In this document: piece by piece, positions 1 to 8,870 of the stretch
Position numbering within the stretch: the stretch's first letter is position 1
How the letters are laid out: the number at the start of each line of letters is the position of its first letter
Virus record (IMG/VR): IMGVR_UViG_3300026518_000025
Location: 1 to 39,586 of that record
Length of the DNA: 39,586 bases
Direction: 5' to 3' (one strand)
DNA from: a virus
Taxonomy: Duplodnaviria; Caudoviricetes
Notes under the pieces: generated by a model
What the model saw: only the letters and a program-made list of their open reading frames with translations
What the model was told of the DNA's origin: nothing
Database searches by the model: none
Made by a program: the position numbers and the translations under genes

Positions 1-127
1 TGTATGCATTGAAGGTCTTGTATAAATCATTTCAGCGCGTCTAGAAGATGGATTTTTACTTAACTCATTAACAACATTTTCATATTGATTTCCATTGTCA
101 GGTGAAAATATCATCCAACCATAATTT
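1..127. repeat. Terminal direct repeat, left copy (circular assembly overlap)
   Basis: Bases 1-127 are identical to 39460-39586 and a reading frame continues in frame across the join. Confidence 0.97.
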
Positions 128-393
128 GAATTAATAAAACCATCTTTGTCAGATATTTGTTTCCAAATAGTAGGTGTATCTTTAAGATCAAAAACGTTTA
201 ACGATTGAGAATTATACCAAGCAATCTCTCGTTTAATGTAATCATTATTTGGTGTTCCAAAGATAGCAGCTTCATCAGCAATAAAAGATGATCCAATAAG
301 TTCAATCATTTTTACACCACTTTTATCAATAATAAAATCTTCATTTTTTAACATATCAATTAATTGATTTCTAATATCTTTAACGTTGAACAC
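1..393 (-). CDS. dCMP hydroxymethylase (T4 gp42-like, thymidylate synthase fold), 5' part; the full 214-aa gene continues at 39459..39208
   Basis: GTG at 393 follows RBS AAAGGAG. Manual translation MFNVKDIRNQL...DKSGVKMIELIGSSFIADE...YIKREIAWY...INSNYGW closely parallels T4 gp42 as recalled (DKTGVKTIEIIGASFVADE...INSNYGW). Missed by the ORF track because it crosses the contig end. Confidence 0.9.
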   Translation of the reverse strand, partial: MFNVKDIRNQLIDMLKNEDFIIDKSGVKMIELIGSSFIADEAAIFGTPNNDYIKREIAWYNSQSLNVFDLKDTPTIWKQISDKDGFINSNYGWMIFSPDNGNQYENVVNELSKNPSSRRAEMIYTRPSMHT

Positions 394-850
394 GTTTCTC
401 TCCTTTACTTTCAAGATCATCAATAATAAATTGAGCAAATTCAATAACATTTTGCCACGGCTTAATTGATGATGGGTTAATTACAGCAGTAAATAGTTCA
501 GTTATAATAGATTCAATAATCGTTTTATAAATTAAAGGTATAATAGATGATTCAATAAAAAAAGGTATAACAGCAGGAATAACTTCTTTATTATTTTCTT
601 TCTCTTGATTAATAATTAATTGAGAATATCCAATAACATCATACCAACTATCTAACCATTTAAAATCACCTACACAAATTCGAGCAAGTTTATGTATAAC
701 CATATCTATTGACTCTTTTTTTGAGTAACTTAATTGAAGCCATCCTTCTGTTTGACGGATTGACTGTTTATAAACTTGTGTAAACTTAGCACCTTCTGAA
801 AACTCACCATGAGTTTCTTGTCTTTCTTCTAATATATCTTTAACTTCCAT
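380..850 (-). CDS. DUF6378-like all-alpha protein (putative nucleotide-metabolism/modification accessory) with a duplicated C-terminal helix pair
   Basis: ILEERQETHGEF...HKLARICVGD...DSWYDVIGYSQL pattern; ATG at 850 after RBS AAGGA and downstream of a promoter. Confidence 0.6.
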   Translation of the reverse strand: MEVKDILEERQETHGEFSEGAKFTQVYKQSIRQTEGWLQLSYSKKESIDMVIHKLARICVGDFKWLDSWYDVIGYSQLIINQEKENNKEVIPAVIPFFIESSIIPLIYKTIIESIITELFTAVINPSSIKPWQNVIEFAQFIIDDLESKGEKRVQR

Positions 851-878
851 TTGGATTCCTTTGTATTTAGATAAGATA

Positions 879-910
879 ATTATAATCAAACTTTGTTTAA
901 AGATTTATTA
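879..910 (-). promoter_or_regulatory. Class E (early-type) promoter for the nucleotide-modification operon
   Basis: TAATAAATCTTTAAACAAAGTTTGATTATAAT on the minus strand; 866-910 matches 3306-3350 at 43/45 nt. Confidence 0.8.
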
Positions 911-1930
911 AAAGTCCATATCTAATTTTTGTTTAGAGTAATTTTTAACAGTAGCTTCAAAGAAGTTAGCTTTAGTTTCATTAAGTTTACTAAAAGATTT
1001 AAAGATCTTAATTAATCCATCATTCTTATTAGCAACAGGATATTCTTGTTTAAAGCCTAATTCTCTAAATCTATCATTAGCTATCCATTGCATTAAATTC
1101 TCAATAGCTAAATCATTAAAACCCATAACACCTTCAGTTGAATATTTAAGATAGTCTATCTCTCTTTCAGTAGAAGCTATTAATATTTCTTGAGCTTTTA
1201 TATCTTCATTAACTCCAGTATCTTGTTTTATATGATTATAAATATTTACATATAAAGGTAAATGTGAACCAAGCTCGTCTTTACTAATTTCTGTGATCAT
1301 TGAAGCAGATCCAGCCATCTTTGAACCTAAAGACCATATAGTGGCAAAACCACCAGGAAAACTTATACCTTCTAAAGAGAGATTAGCAATAGCAGCTAAT
1401 GATAGTTCACTAAAGGTAGGTTCTTCATCTTTATCAAACATTGAATAGTCAGCATTAATGGATTTTGCTAAAGCCAATAGTTTAGGATCTGTTTTAAAGA
1501 GAGTATAAATCTCTTTACTATCTAAACCAGCTTTCTTAAGAACATCATCGCCTATATAAGCATAAGATGAACTATGCAAAGCTTCTTCAAAACCTTGTCT
1601 AGCTAAAACAGCATTAGCAATAGGATCTGTAATATAAGAGTTGAGGTTATCCATTATGCGATTAGTAATAACAGAATCGTTAAATATTAGTTTACCAAAA
1701 GCAAATTTATAAGCTCTTAATTCAGCAAGTGTTAACTGTTGAACAGCTTTCATGTCACTTGATAGATCTATTTGTGATGGAAACCATGTTCGATCTAACA
1801 TTCCATCCCATATAGTTTTGTATATAACTCTTGATGGATTTGAAAAGTCAGCAATACCATCAGGATTTCCACCTACTATAGGATGAAATTCTTCTATTGA
1901 TTCTGGATTAAATATTAACTTAGGCTTCAT
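908..1930 (-). CDS. nrdB: Ribonucleotide reductase class I beta subunit
   Basis: TWFP motif, FND ligand, EEALHSSSY (E, H ligands and radical Tyr), LEGISF, DELGSH, C-terminal NFFE..V.NY; likely start ATG 1930 (MKPKLIFNP) overlapping the upstream stop. Confidence 0.92.
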   Translation of the reverse strand: MKPKLIFNPESIEEFHPIVGGNPDGIADFSNPSRVIYKTIWDGMLDRTWFPSQIDLSSDMKAVQQLTLAELRAYKFAFGKLIFNDSVITNRIMDNLNSYITDPIANAVLARQGFEEALHSSSYAYIGDDVLKKAGLDSKEIYTLFKTDPKLLALAKSINADYSMFDKDEEPTFSELSLAAIANLSLEGISFPGGFATIWSLGSKMAGSASMITEISKDELGSHLPLYVNIYNHIKQDTGVNEDIKAQEILIASTEREIDYLKYSTEGVMGFNDLAIENLMQWIANDRFRELGFKQEYPVANKNDGLIKIFKSFSKLNETKANFFEATVKNYSKQKLDMDF

Positions 1931-2723
1931 TGTATAACTCCAATTTGATTTTACCTTTACGCGTAATCTTTTTAATTTGCCCCATGTGAACAAGGCGAAT
2001 CATTGTAATCGCATGATCTTTGTCAAAACCTTTATCTATATAAATTTGAACAACTTTCTCTAAAGTTTTATCATCACCTAACAGTTTTAACGCTCTAGGC
2101 GCTTTAATAACAAATTTATGATTAACAAAATCTAGCTTAATTCCTATACCTGGAAGACCTGGTATACCATCTCCACTATCTCCACCTAATGCTTGTAAAC
2201 ATGTAAATTCTAATGCTTCTTTTTTAGATGTTCGTACAAAACATTTATGATAAGTATCGTAATGATAACCAGGTGTACCTTTTAAAACATCTTTATCAGC
2301 ACTAGTTATTGGATGTCCTTTTCTTGCATAATAAGAAACAATATCATCAGCTTCAGCAATATCAGAAATTATACCGAACTTTTTAACAGCCCATTTTTTA
2401 AGTTTATAAAATTCATCAGGCTTATCATCTTTACGCTTATTTTTATATTCAGGGAAAATATCATAACGAAAATTAGTTGATCCTGTAAATACTAAGATAT
2501 GATCTTTAAATTTAGTCATTTCTCCTATAGTACTTTCAACCTCGCATGATGATACAACGTCCCATACTAATGCTTTAAACTGCGCCTTTAATGATTTCAT
2601 ATCTGGTTTAACTACACCAAAATCTTCACCTTCTTGCTCATCAAAATCAGTTCCATTGTTAGATCTTGAAAATATAGTTAGGTAAAGTAAACTGTCAGCG
2701 TCAATATATAATGTTTTACTCAT
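1920..2723 (-). CDS. 5'-3' exonuclease / RNase H (T7 gp6-like, FEN superfamily)
   Basis: YIDADS, NFR, YK..R, EADD, SADKD and GGDSGDGIPGLPGIG (H3TH) motifs. Confidence 0.88.
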   Translation of the reverse strand: MSKTLYIDADSLLYLTIFSRSNNGTDFDEQEGEDFGVVKPDMKSLKAQFKALVWDVVSSCEVESTIGEMTKFKDHILVFTGSTNFRYDIFPEYKNKRKDDKPDEFYKLKKWAVKKFGIISDIAEADDIVSYYARKGHPITSADKDVLKGTPGYHYDTYHKCFVRTSKKEALEFTCLQALGGDSGDGIPGLPGIGIKLDFVNHKFVIKAPRALKLLGDDKTLEKVVQIYIDKGFDKDHAITMIRLVHMGQIKKITRKGKIKLELYNEA

Positions 2724-2862
2724 AAATAGTCCTTTTTGTTCTTACTAATATAGCTTTTCTACCAGCCTGGATAACTTTACAGAATGTTTTAAATGCAACT
2801 TTGTGATCTAAGAATTGAATAGGCTTACAACCTTGTTCTTTAAGAACGTATGGAGTTTTCAT
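2716..2862 (-). CDS. Hypothetical protein, 48 aa
   Basis: Manual translation MKTPYVLKEQG...RTIYE; overlaps both neighbours. Confidence 0.6.
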   Translation of the reverse strand: MKTPYVLKEQGCKPIQFLDHKVAFKTFCKVIQAGRKAILVRTKRTIYE

Positions 2863-3017
2863 ATTCCTAATTCCTCTTGAAGTTTGAAAAATTCATTATC
2901 ATTAATTAAACCGTTATCTAACCAAGTATCTAGTTTATCAGACATATACTCAAGATCATTAATTTCTTTCATTCTCAACATTTCAGCTTTACATAATTTG
3001 CTTAAAAGTTCACTCAT
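2859..3017 (-). CDS. Hypothetical protein, 52 aa
   Basis: Manual translation MSELLSKLCK...EELGI; AAGGA RBS and ATGA overlap with the next gene. Confidence 0.6.
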   Translation of the reverse strand: MSELLSKLCKAEMLRMKEINDLEYMSDKLDTWLDNGLINDNEFFKLQEELGI

Positions 3018-3018
3018 T

Positions 3019-3288
3019 TTACATTCCTTCAAACAAAGGTTTATTTTCTTGAATAAGTAAATATTTAAGTTTTTTAGTAAATAATCTTTTCATTATTCTT
3101 TCTTTTTCATTAGCTGTGACGTCATATCCAATTTCATTAAAACCAATCATTAAGTCATTCCACGACCAATTTGCTCTTTTCATTGCTTCATCAATTGTGC
3201 TTTGTAATGTAGTTTCAGCAATATGACTTAAATCATAACCAACGGTTACAACCGTTCCAGGATTATTTTTAGTTAATATCTTACACAT
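3019..3288 (-). CDS. Hypothetical protein, 89 aa
   Basis: GGAGG RBS directly downstream of a class E promoter. Confidence 0.75.
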   Translation of the reverse strand: MCKILTKNNPGTVVTVGYDLSHIAETTLQSTIDEAMKRANWSWNDLMIGFNEIGYDVTANEKERIMKRLFTKKLKYLLIQENKPLFEGM

Positions 3289-3318
3289 AATTTGCCTCCA
3301 TGGCGTTTAGATAAGATA

Positions 3319-3350
3319 ATTATAATCAAAGTTTGTTTAAAGTTTTATTA
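3319..3350 (-). promoter_or_regulatory. Class E promoter
   Basis: TAATAAAACTTTAAACAAACTTTGATTATAAT on the minus strand. Confidence 0.8.
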
Positions 3351-5237
3351 ACCATATAAATATTTTTTCATTTTGTTTATAGAAGCTGTTGATAGTTTAG
3401 GCATAACTTTCTTATATCCTAATTCTTTAATATAAAGATCTTCAATTGATCCAGCCTTTTCTATAGCTTCAGCAAATACTTCTTCATCAGATAATGCATA
3501 ATTATTATTACAATCTCCAAGCATACGTTTAGCATATTGTATATACCAGTTATAATCTAAATCTTTAGGGATCTTCTTAGTAAGGTCCATCATAGGTTTT
3601 GCTGTATCTGTTAATGGAACTTTAGCATTTCTAGAAACATACCAAATATTTTCACCTTCAGTTGAATAATACCATCTTACAACTTTTCCTAAGTATTCAC
3701 CTTTCCATTTACCACCGCCTGTTACTTTTCTAGCAGACATAAATTGCTTAATATCTTTACATTTTTTAATTGTTTTTTCTAATGGTGTGCCTTTATTAAT
3801 GAACTCTCTAACAGCTTCAAAACATATAGGTGTTTGTGTATTCTTTTGAAGAGAATGCTCACCAAATACACCTTTAGATTTAACATAACCATCATATTTT
3901 GCAACATAGTTAGAAACATCTCTTGCATATAAACCTTGATATTCTCCATGCTCCATTGTATAACCTGTTGCTTTATCTAAATCAGCAATAATTTCTTCAG
4001 CCATATCTACATCTTTTCTACGACAATAATACTCAATTCCATCTGTATTAGCAGAGACAACAGAGATACCATTAGACTCAAACTTTTCAATAAGCATAAG
4101 AAGTGTAAGCTGCCCAGTCATTGTTGTCTGTAGCAATAGCTTAGGTGAATACAGTTTAGAATATTTTGATCCATATTTACCAAAACTACCATTAATTGTA
4201 ATCTTTAAAGAGTCTGCTGTAAGTTTGTCACCATTTTTTTTAGCAGCGATACGAGTCTCAACAATGTTTCTATAAATCTTTAAGAACTTCTTACCAAGAT
4301 GTTCTGGATATAACTTATTATTTAAAATGATATACGGATAATAAGAAGCATAATCTGCATTACGCATAACATATTCATCATCAGATTCAGCAACAAGATT
4401 TTTCTCTTGAGAGTGAAGACCACCAATACCAATTTCATAAGTAGTGTTACCAATCGTAATAGGTTTAAAAGTTTCAGGCTTTTGTGGAGATCCTTTACCA
4501 TCAAGAACAAAAGTAGTCTTCTTAATCATTTTAAATAAATCTTTAAGCTGCTTAGTTTCAAACTTAACATATTTAGGTGGATCATATTTGAATGGCTTCT
4601 GGCTAGGAGCATTATCAACTTTACCGCCAAGTTCTGATACAATTACAGCTTCAGCTATTTGAGCGTCTGATTTAGATCGAAGATCAAGGCCATATTGTTT
4701 AGACATTTTCTCACGTAACTGTATACGATCTTTAGTAGCTTCATATAAATCTCTAGTAACCATAAGGTCGTTTATACAATAACGCTTTAGATTTTCAACT
4801 TCTTTCTTCTTAATAGGTTTATCAAAATCAAGTTCATATTCCCATAATTTTTCTGATCCAAGTCTTGTTCCATACAGTTTAAGACCAACACGAACGCCAG
4901 GAGCTTGTTCCATTAAGTCTATATGATCATAATCCAAGTTACGTTTAATCTTCATCATACGATATAACATGTAAGGCTTAACATTATCTTTAATGATTGC
5001 TTGAGAGGCTTTATACATATTTTCAACAGTTGCACCAGATAATGCATATTCTATAATAGGCATATCATAATTAATTGAGTTAAACCCTACTACTAAGCCC
5101 GCTAAGATCTTTCTAATCTTTTTAACTTGTTTCGGTTTAAAACTATCGAATGTCTCAAATGTTTTAACTTTACCTTTCTCATTCATAAATGCAAATAAAG
5201 CATAATTTGGAAAGATTTCTATATCAAAGATATTCAT
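3348..5237 (-). CDS. Family B DNA polymerase with N-terminal 3'-5' exonuclease
   Basis: ExoI FDIE, ExoII GFNSINYD, ExoIII YCIND; polymerase motifs ADYASYYP, LKITINGSFGK, SANTDG. Confidence 0.93.
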   Translation of the reverse strand: MNIFDIEIFPNYALFAFMNEKGKVKTFETFDSFKPKQVKKIRKILAGLVVGFNSINYDMPIIEYALSGATVENMYKASQAIIKDNVKPYMLYRMMKIKRNLDYDHIDLMEQAPGVRVGLKLYGTRLGSEKLWEYELDFDKPIKKKEVENLKRYCINDLMVTRDLYEATKDRIQLREKMSKQYGLDLRSKSDAQIAEAVIVSELGGKVDNAPSQKPFKYDPPKYVKFETKQLKDLFKMIKKTTFVLDGKGSPQKPETFKPITIGNTTYEIGIGGLHSQEKNLVAESDDEYVMRNADYASYYPYIILNNKLYPEHLGKKFLKIYRNIVETRIAAKKNGDKLTADSLKITINGSFGKYGSKYSKLYSPKLLLQTTMTGQLTLLMLIEKFESNGISVVSANTDGIEYYCRRKDVDMAEEIIADLDKATGYTMEHGEYQGLYARDVSNYVAKYDGYVKSKGVFGEHSLQKNTQTPICFEAVREFINKGTPLEKTIKKCKDIKQFMSARKVTGGGKWKGEYLGKVVRWYYSTEGENIWYVSRNAKVPLTDTAKPMMDLTKKIPKDLDYNWYIQYAKRMLGDCNNNYALSDEEVFAEAIEKAGSIEDLYIKELGYKKVMPKLSTASINKMKKYLYG

Positions 5238-5755
5238 TTTAACAACTTTTTATATAGTTTACGAGTTGCTTTAATATCTGACATTGCTTCATGAGCATTA
5301 TGTTTAATTTTGAAATGTTCACATGCTTCAACCAATTTCATTCCACCATCATATAAACCTTGTTGTCTTGCTATTTTTAAAAATGCAAAAACATCACAAT
5401 CGTAATAATGAAAGAATCTTTTAAAGTCAATGAATTTAGAAAAGAATTTAATATCAAATTTGATGTTATATCCAGCAATTGTTAACTTTTCACCTTTAAT
5501 AGAATGTTTGTTAAGAAAAGCAAATAATTCTTTATGAACATCATCTTTACTTGGAAAAGAATCGATTTTCTTTTTAGTAAGTTTATTCACTTCTAAAGCA
5601 TATTGACTAAATTTAACTTTACCTGGATTCATCTTACTTTCAAACTTATCTATAATATCACCATCTTCTTCAACTAAAATTGCTATTTGAACAATTCCAT
5701 TATCATCTACATTTAAACCTGTAGTTTCTAAATCTAACCATATTGTCTTTTCCAT
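5234..5755 (-). CDS. DnaQ-like DEDDh 3'-5' exonuclease
   Basis: WLDLETTG, AGYNIKFD, AHEAMSDI motifs. Confidence 0.92.
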   Translation of the reverse strand: MEKTIWLDLETTGLNVDDNGIVQIAILVEEDGDIIDKFESKMNPGKVKFSQYALEVNKLTKKKIDSFPSKDDVHKELFAFLNKHSIKGEKLTIAGYNIKFDIKFFSKFIDFKRFFHYYDCDVFAFLKIARQQGLYDGGMKLVEACEHFKIKHNAHEAMSDIKATRKLYKKLLK

Positions 5756-5898
5756 TATTCGTCCTTTTTAAAGTGGTTCATTTAATAATACGCTTTTTAT
5801 CTAAATCACAATTGAATCAGAAAGTGGTCAATATTAAATAAAAAAATAGCTGATTGTTGAGGCTGACTTTAACTCACCTGGTTAATGCTACAATATCA

Positions 5899-5933
5899 TC
5901 ACTAAAGAACCCTCCAATGAGGATTCTAAGTGA
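5899..5933 (-). terminator. Hairpin after the SSB gene (terminator or processing site)
   Basis: Imperfect inverted repeat CACTTAGAATCCTC-ATTG-GAGGGTTCTTTAGTG; no strong U-tract. Confidence 0.45.
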
Positions 5934-5936
5934 AGA

Positions 5937-6551
5937 TTAAGATTTTTTCTTTTTCTTCTTTTTGTCTTTTTTAGGTTTTTCTTCAATACCTGGTTCAAGA
6001 TTGTTATCGAAGTTGTCAAAATCACCTTCTTCATCTTCGTCAAAACCAGAATCTTCAATGTATTCTTCAAACTTAAGGATCTGAATACCATTTAACCATA
6101 ACGTAGCACCATAATCTTTTTTACCAGTATAGATTGTAATCTTACCGGAGATACGACCAACAGATCCGTTACCGATTTTAGTACCTTCAGGAAGTGAAAC
6201 ACGCTCATTTTTATGATTAAATAAGTTAATCTTACGAGTATCACCAGATTCAAAAGTAGTTTGAGTTTTAAAATTAAAGCGAACCATATCTTTAGGAATT
6301 TTTTCACTATCTTTATGAGTACGATAAGGAAGTGAACGAATTTTGTGATTTTTAGAAGGTTTGTTATCTTCTAAGAACTCATCAATTTCAGCAATAAACT
6401 CTTTAGCTTCTTTTTTAGGAACATCAACTGTTGCAACATAATCATAACCATCACCATCATAATTCTCTTTACCTTGTCCCGTAATGTTTACATAAAGTAA
6501 TGAACCTTTAGGACTTGTAACGTAATCGTTCTTTTTAATATGAGTTCCCAT
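5937..6551 (-). CDS. Single-stranded DNA-binding protein (T7 gp2.5 / DUF2815-like)
   Basis: TSPKG..Y, IGNGS, GATLWLNGIQI pattern and acidic GFDEDEEGDF tail; replication context. Confidence 0.8.
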   Translation of the reverse strand: MGTHIKKNDYVTSPKGSLLYVNITGQGKENYDGDGYDYVATVDVPKKEAKEFIAEIDEFLEDNKPSKNHKIRSLPYRTHKDSEKIPKDMVRFNFKTQTTFESGDTRKINLFNHKNERVSLPEGTKIGNGSVGRISGKITIYTGKKDYGATLWLNGIQILKFEEYIEDSGFDEDEEGDFDNFDNNLEPGIEEKPKKDKKKKKKKS

Positions 6552-7090
6552 TATTGAGCCTTTTTAAGAATTTTTTTAGCTTTTTTATAAAGATCTGAAT
6601 CTTTATTTGCTTTAAGAACTTTTTTAGCTTTTTTAAGTTCATCATTTTCAATAAGAATTTCAATCTCTGTTACAAGATCCATCTCAGTTTCTTCTTTAGT
6701 TGAATCTGTATCAACATCTTCAACAGTTTCATCTTCAACAGTATCATCTTCAACAGTATCATCTTCAACAGTATCATCTTCAACAGTATCATCTTCTGTT
6801 TCTTCAGAAGCACCAAAGTAAGCTTCCATTGGAGCATAAAATGTATTTAAGAACTTATCTGTAATACGATTTGTTTCTGTAATAATAGTTTCATCTTCAT
6901 GAAAAACAACATCTTTACCATCACAACCACCAATAACAGCGTCACGGAAATTATATAGTATACCTTTTTCAACACGTTGAGGTAACATTAATGCTAATGC
7001 GTCTTTTTTATCCCATGTTTTCATGAGATCCATACGAGATTTAATAATAAAACCCATTGATTCTTTTGATCTAAATTCTGATTTTGCCAT
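6551..7090 (-). CDS. Hypothetical protein with acidic (E)DDTV repeats and basic C-terminus
   Basis: ORF track 6551..7108; ATG 7090 has an AAGGA RBS; first gene after the leftward class E promoter. Confidence 0.8.
   Translation of the reverse strand: MAKSEFRSKESMGFIIKSRMDLMKTWDKKDALALMLPQRVEKGILYNFRDAVIGGCDGKDVVFHEDETIITETNRITDKFLNTFYAPMEAYFGASEETEDDTVEDDTVEDDTVEDDTVEDETVEDVDTDSTKEETEMDLVTEIEILIENDELKKAKKVLKANKDSDLYKKAKKILKKAQ
6716..6796. repeat. 15-bp tandem repeat, about 5.4 copies (ATCTTCAACAGTATC)
   Basis: Units start at 6716, 6731, 6746, 6761 and 6776, then a partial unit; encodes DDTVE on the minus strand. Confidence 0.95.
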
Positions 7091-7153
7091 TTGGCTTTCC
7101 TTACCCATTCGGGATTTTTGTATTTACAGACGAATAATCGTTTGCATGAGAAA

Positions 7154-7185
7154 ATTATATACTCTTTTTGTTTAAAGTTTTATTA
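7154..7185 (-). promoter_or_regulatory. Class E promoter, leftward member of a divergent pair
   Basis: TAATAAAACTTTAAACAAAAAGAGTATATAAT on the minus strand. Confidence 0.75.
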
Positions 7186-7204
7186 AATTATAATTAAATT
7201 GCTT

Positions 7205-7236
7205 TAATAAATCTTTAAACAAACTTTGATTATAAT
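7205..7236 (+). promoter_or_regulatory. Class E promoter, rightward member of a divergent pair
   Basis: TAATAAATCTTTAAACAAACTTTGATTATAAT upstream of the Dda-like gene. Confidence 0.8.
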
Positions 7237-7265
7237 TCCGTATATACATTATATAAGGACTCCAA

Positions 7266-8480
7266 ATGGAAATTAAATTCGTAACAGGATTTGCTGGAAG
7301 CGGCAAATCAACAGAACTTGCTAATAGAGCAACAAAGACTACATTAGTAATGACACCTACTCATCGTGCTGTAGAAGTATTAATGAAGAAAGGTATTATT
7401 GCTTATACTATACATAGCATTTTAAAATTAGTGCCTACAATTAATCAGAACTTTCGTAAAGGTCAAAAAATACAAAGTCTTAAGATGGTGGGTGATACTG
7501 ATTTAGATTATATTACAGATATATTTATAGATGAGTTTAGTATGATCAATAAAGAGATACTTGACTTACTACTTGAGGTAATACCTAAAGACTGTAACGT
7601 GACTATCTTTGGTGATCCTTATCAACTCCCACCTGTAAGTGGAAAGAGAATAAAGCCTAAGAAATATAGTACAGATATTTTCGAGTTAACTACTCAACAC
7701 AGATCAGAAGCTCCTGAAGTTGTAGAAACATTTATGAAATTCGTTAAATATATTAAAGGTGGTTGTAAAGGTAATCCTCCTAAAGTAGATCTACCTAAAG
7801 GAACATTAGAAGGTTTTGATCCATTAACTGAAAGAGCTTTAGCATATACAAATGAGAAAGTTGCTGAGATTAATTATGATCTTTTCAAACAAGGTAAATT
7901 TACAGGAGAAATTATTATAAATAACTTAGATTGTAAATTAGAAGAAACTAAAGATGGTCCAGTTATATTTCCTAAGATGTTGTCGAAAGGTAGATTAATA
8001 TATGATAAAGATACTGTTGAAAGTATTCAAGACAATATAGAAAAGTATAATACTGATTTATCTATGTATAAAATAATATCAGTTAATATAGATGGTGAAG
8101 TTTATGGTATATATAGTGATAAGAATCATTATGAGAATAGCAAGAAGTTTAGAAAGAATGTAGAAAAATTTCAACATCTTGTTGTAACAGAGAACAATCT
8201 TGATAAGAAAGTTGATTTGACTAAATGGTGTAAATTTAACAGAGGTGCTAAATATGTTAAAGAACGTGGCCAAGCCTGGTCAAAATATATGGCTCATAAA
8301 GATTTAGTATTTGACGTGAGATTTAACTTTGCTTCAACGGTTCATAAGTCACAGGGTCAAGAATTCAAAACAATTTATATTGATATTAAAGATATTAAAA
8401 AATGTCCAGATAAAGAAATGTATGCAAGATTAGTATATGTTGGATTATCTAGAGCAATCAAAAAAGTGGTAGTACTATGA
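7266..8480 (+). CDS. Dda/RecD-like SF1B DNA helicase
   Basis: GFAGSGKST, PTHRA, TIHS, IDEFSM, GDPYQLPPV, TVHKSQGQEF, YVGLSRA. Confidence 0.92.
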   Translation: MEIKFVTGFAGSGKSTELANRATKTTLVMTPTHRAVEVLMKKGIIAYTIHSILKLVPTINQNFRKGQKIQSLKMVGDTDLDYITDIFIDEFSMINKEILDLLLEVIPKDCNVTIFGDPYQLPPVSGKRIKPKKYSTDIFELTTQHRSEAPEVVETFMKFVKYIKGGCKGNPPKVDLPKGTLEGFDPLTERALAYTNEKVAEINYDLFKQGKFTGEIIINNLDCKLEETKDGPVIFPKMLSKGRLIYDKDTVESIQDNIEKYNTDLSMYKIISVNIDGEVYGIYSDKNHYENSKKFRKNVEKFQHLVVTENNLDKKVDLTKWCKFNRGAKYVKERGQAWSKYMAHKDLVFDVRFNFASTVHKSQGQEFKTIYIDIKDIKKCPDKEMYARLVYVGLSRAIKKVVVL

Positions 8481-8638
8481 AAACCTCAAAATTTTTATAT
8501 AATGAAATGATAATAAAAGGAAGAAGCTTAGACTCTATTCAGAAAGAATATGCTTTATCTTTTTCTTATATTATCAGAAAAGTTCACGATTATATGGTAT
8601 TAAGGATTAGAAATGAAAAAAATATACAAAGATCTTAG
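8477..8638 (+). CDS. Hypothetical protein, 53 aa (possible HTH)
   Basis: Manual translation MKTSKFLYNE...GRSLDSIQKEYALSFSYIIRKV; ATGA overlap with the helicase stop. Confidence 0.55.
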   Translation: MKTSKFLYNEMIIKGRSLDSIQKEYALSFSYIIRKVHDYMVLRIRNEKNIQRS

Positions 8639-8864
8639 AAAAAATCTTAAGAATTCATTCACTAAATTATCAGGTAATGAATACCCAGTTGTTGAAAGTG
8701 TCGAGTGGTGGATTAAACAACATTGTGGTGAATGTTCAAAAGATCATCTAAGTATTGTGGTTAAAATTATGGGTAGTTATCTTTATCCATATCAAAAAGC
8801 AGATCGTAAAAAGATATTAAAATATCTCAAAAAGAATAAATATAAACAATTTATTATGTTATAA
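8613..8864 (+). CDS. Hypothetical basic protein, 83 aa
   Basis: ORF with TAAGGA RBS, co-directional with neighbours. Confidence 0.7.
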   Translation: MKKIYKDLRKNLKNSFTKLSGNEYPVVESVEWWIKQHCGECSKDHLSIVVKIMGSYLYPYQKADRKKILKYLKKNKYKQFIML

Positions 8865-8870
8865 TACTTT

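Noticed and set aside
5770-5830. Short direct repeat AAAGTGGT(T)CA in the gap between SSB and exonuclease genes
   Set aside because: Two 10-11 nt copies in AT-rich DNA with no clear structure or ORF; too weak to call.
6716-6796. Tandem repeat as a CRISPR array
   Set aside because: No spacers; the units are contiguous and in frame within a coding sequence.
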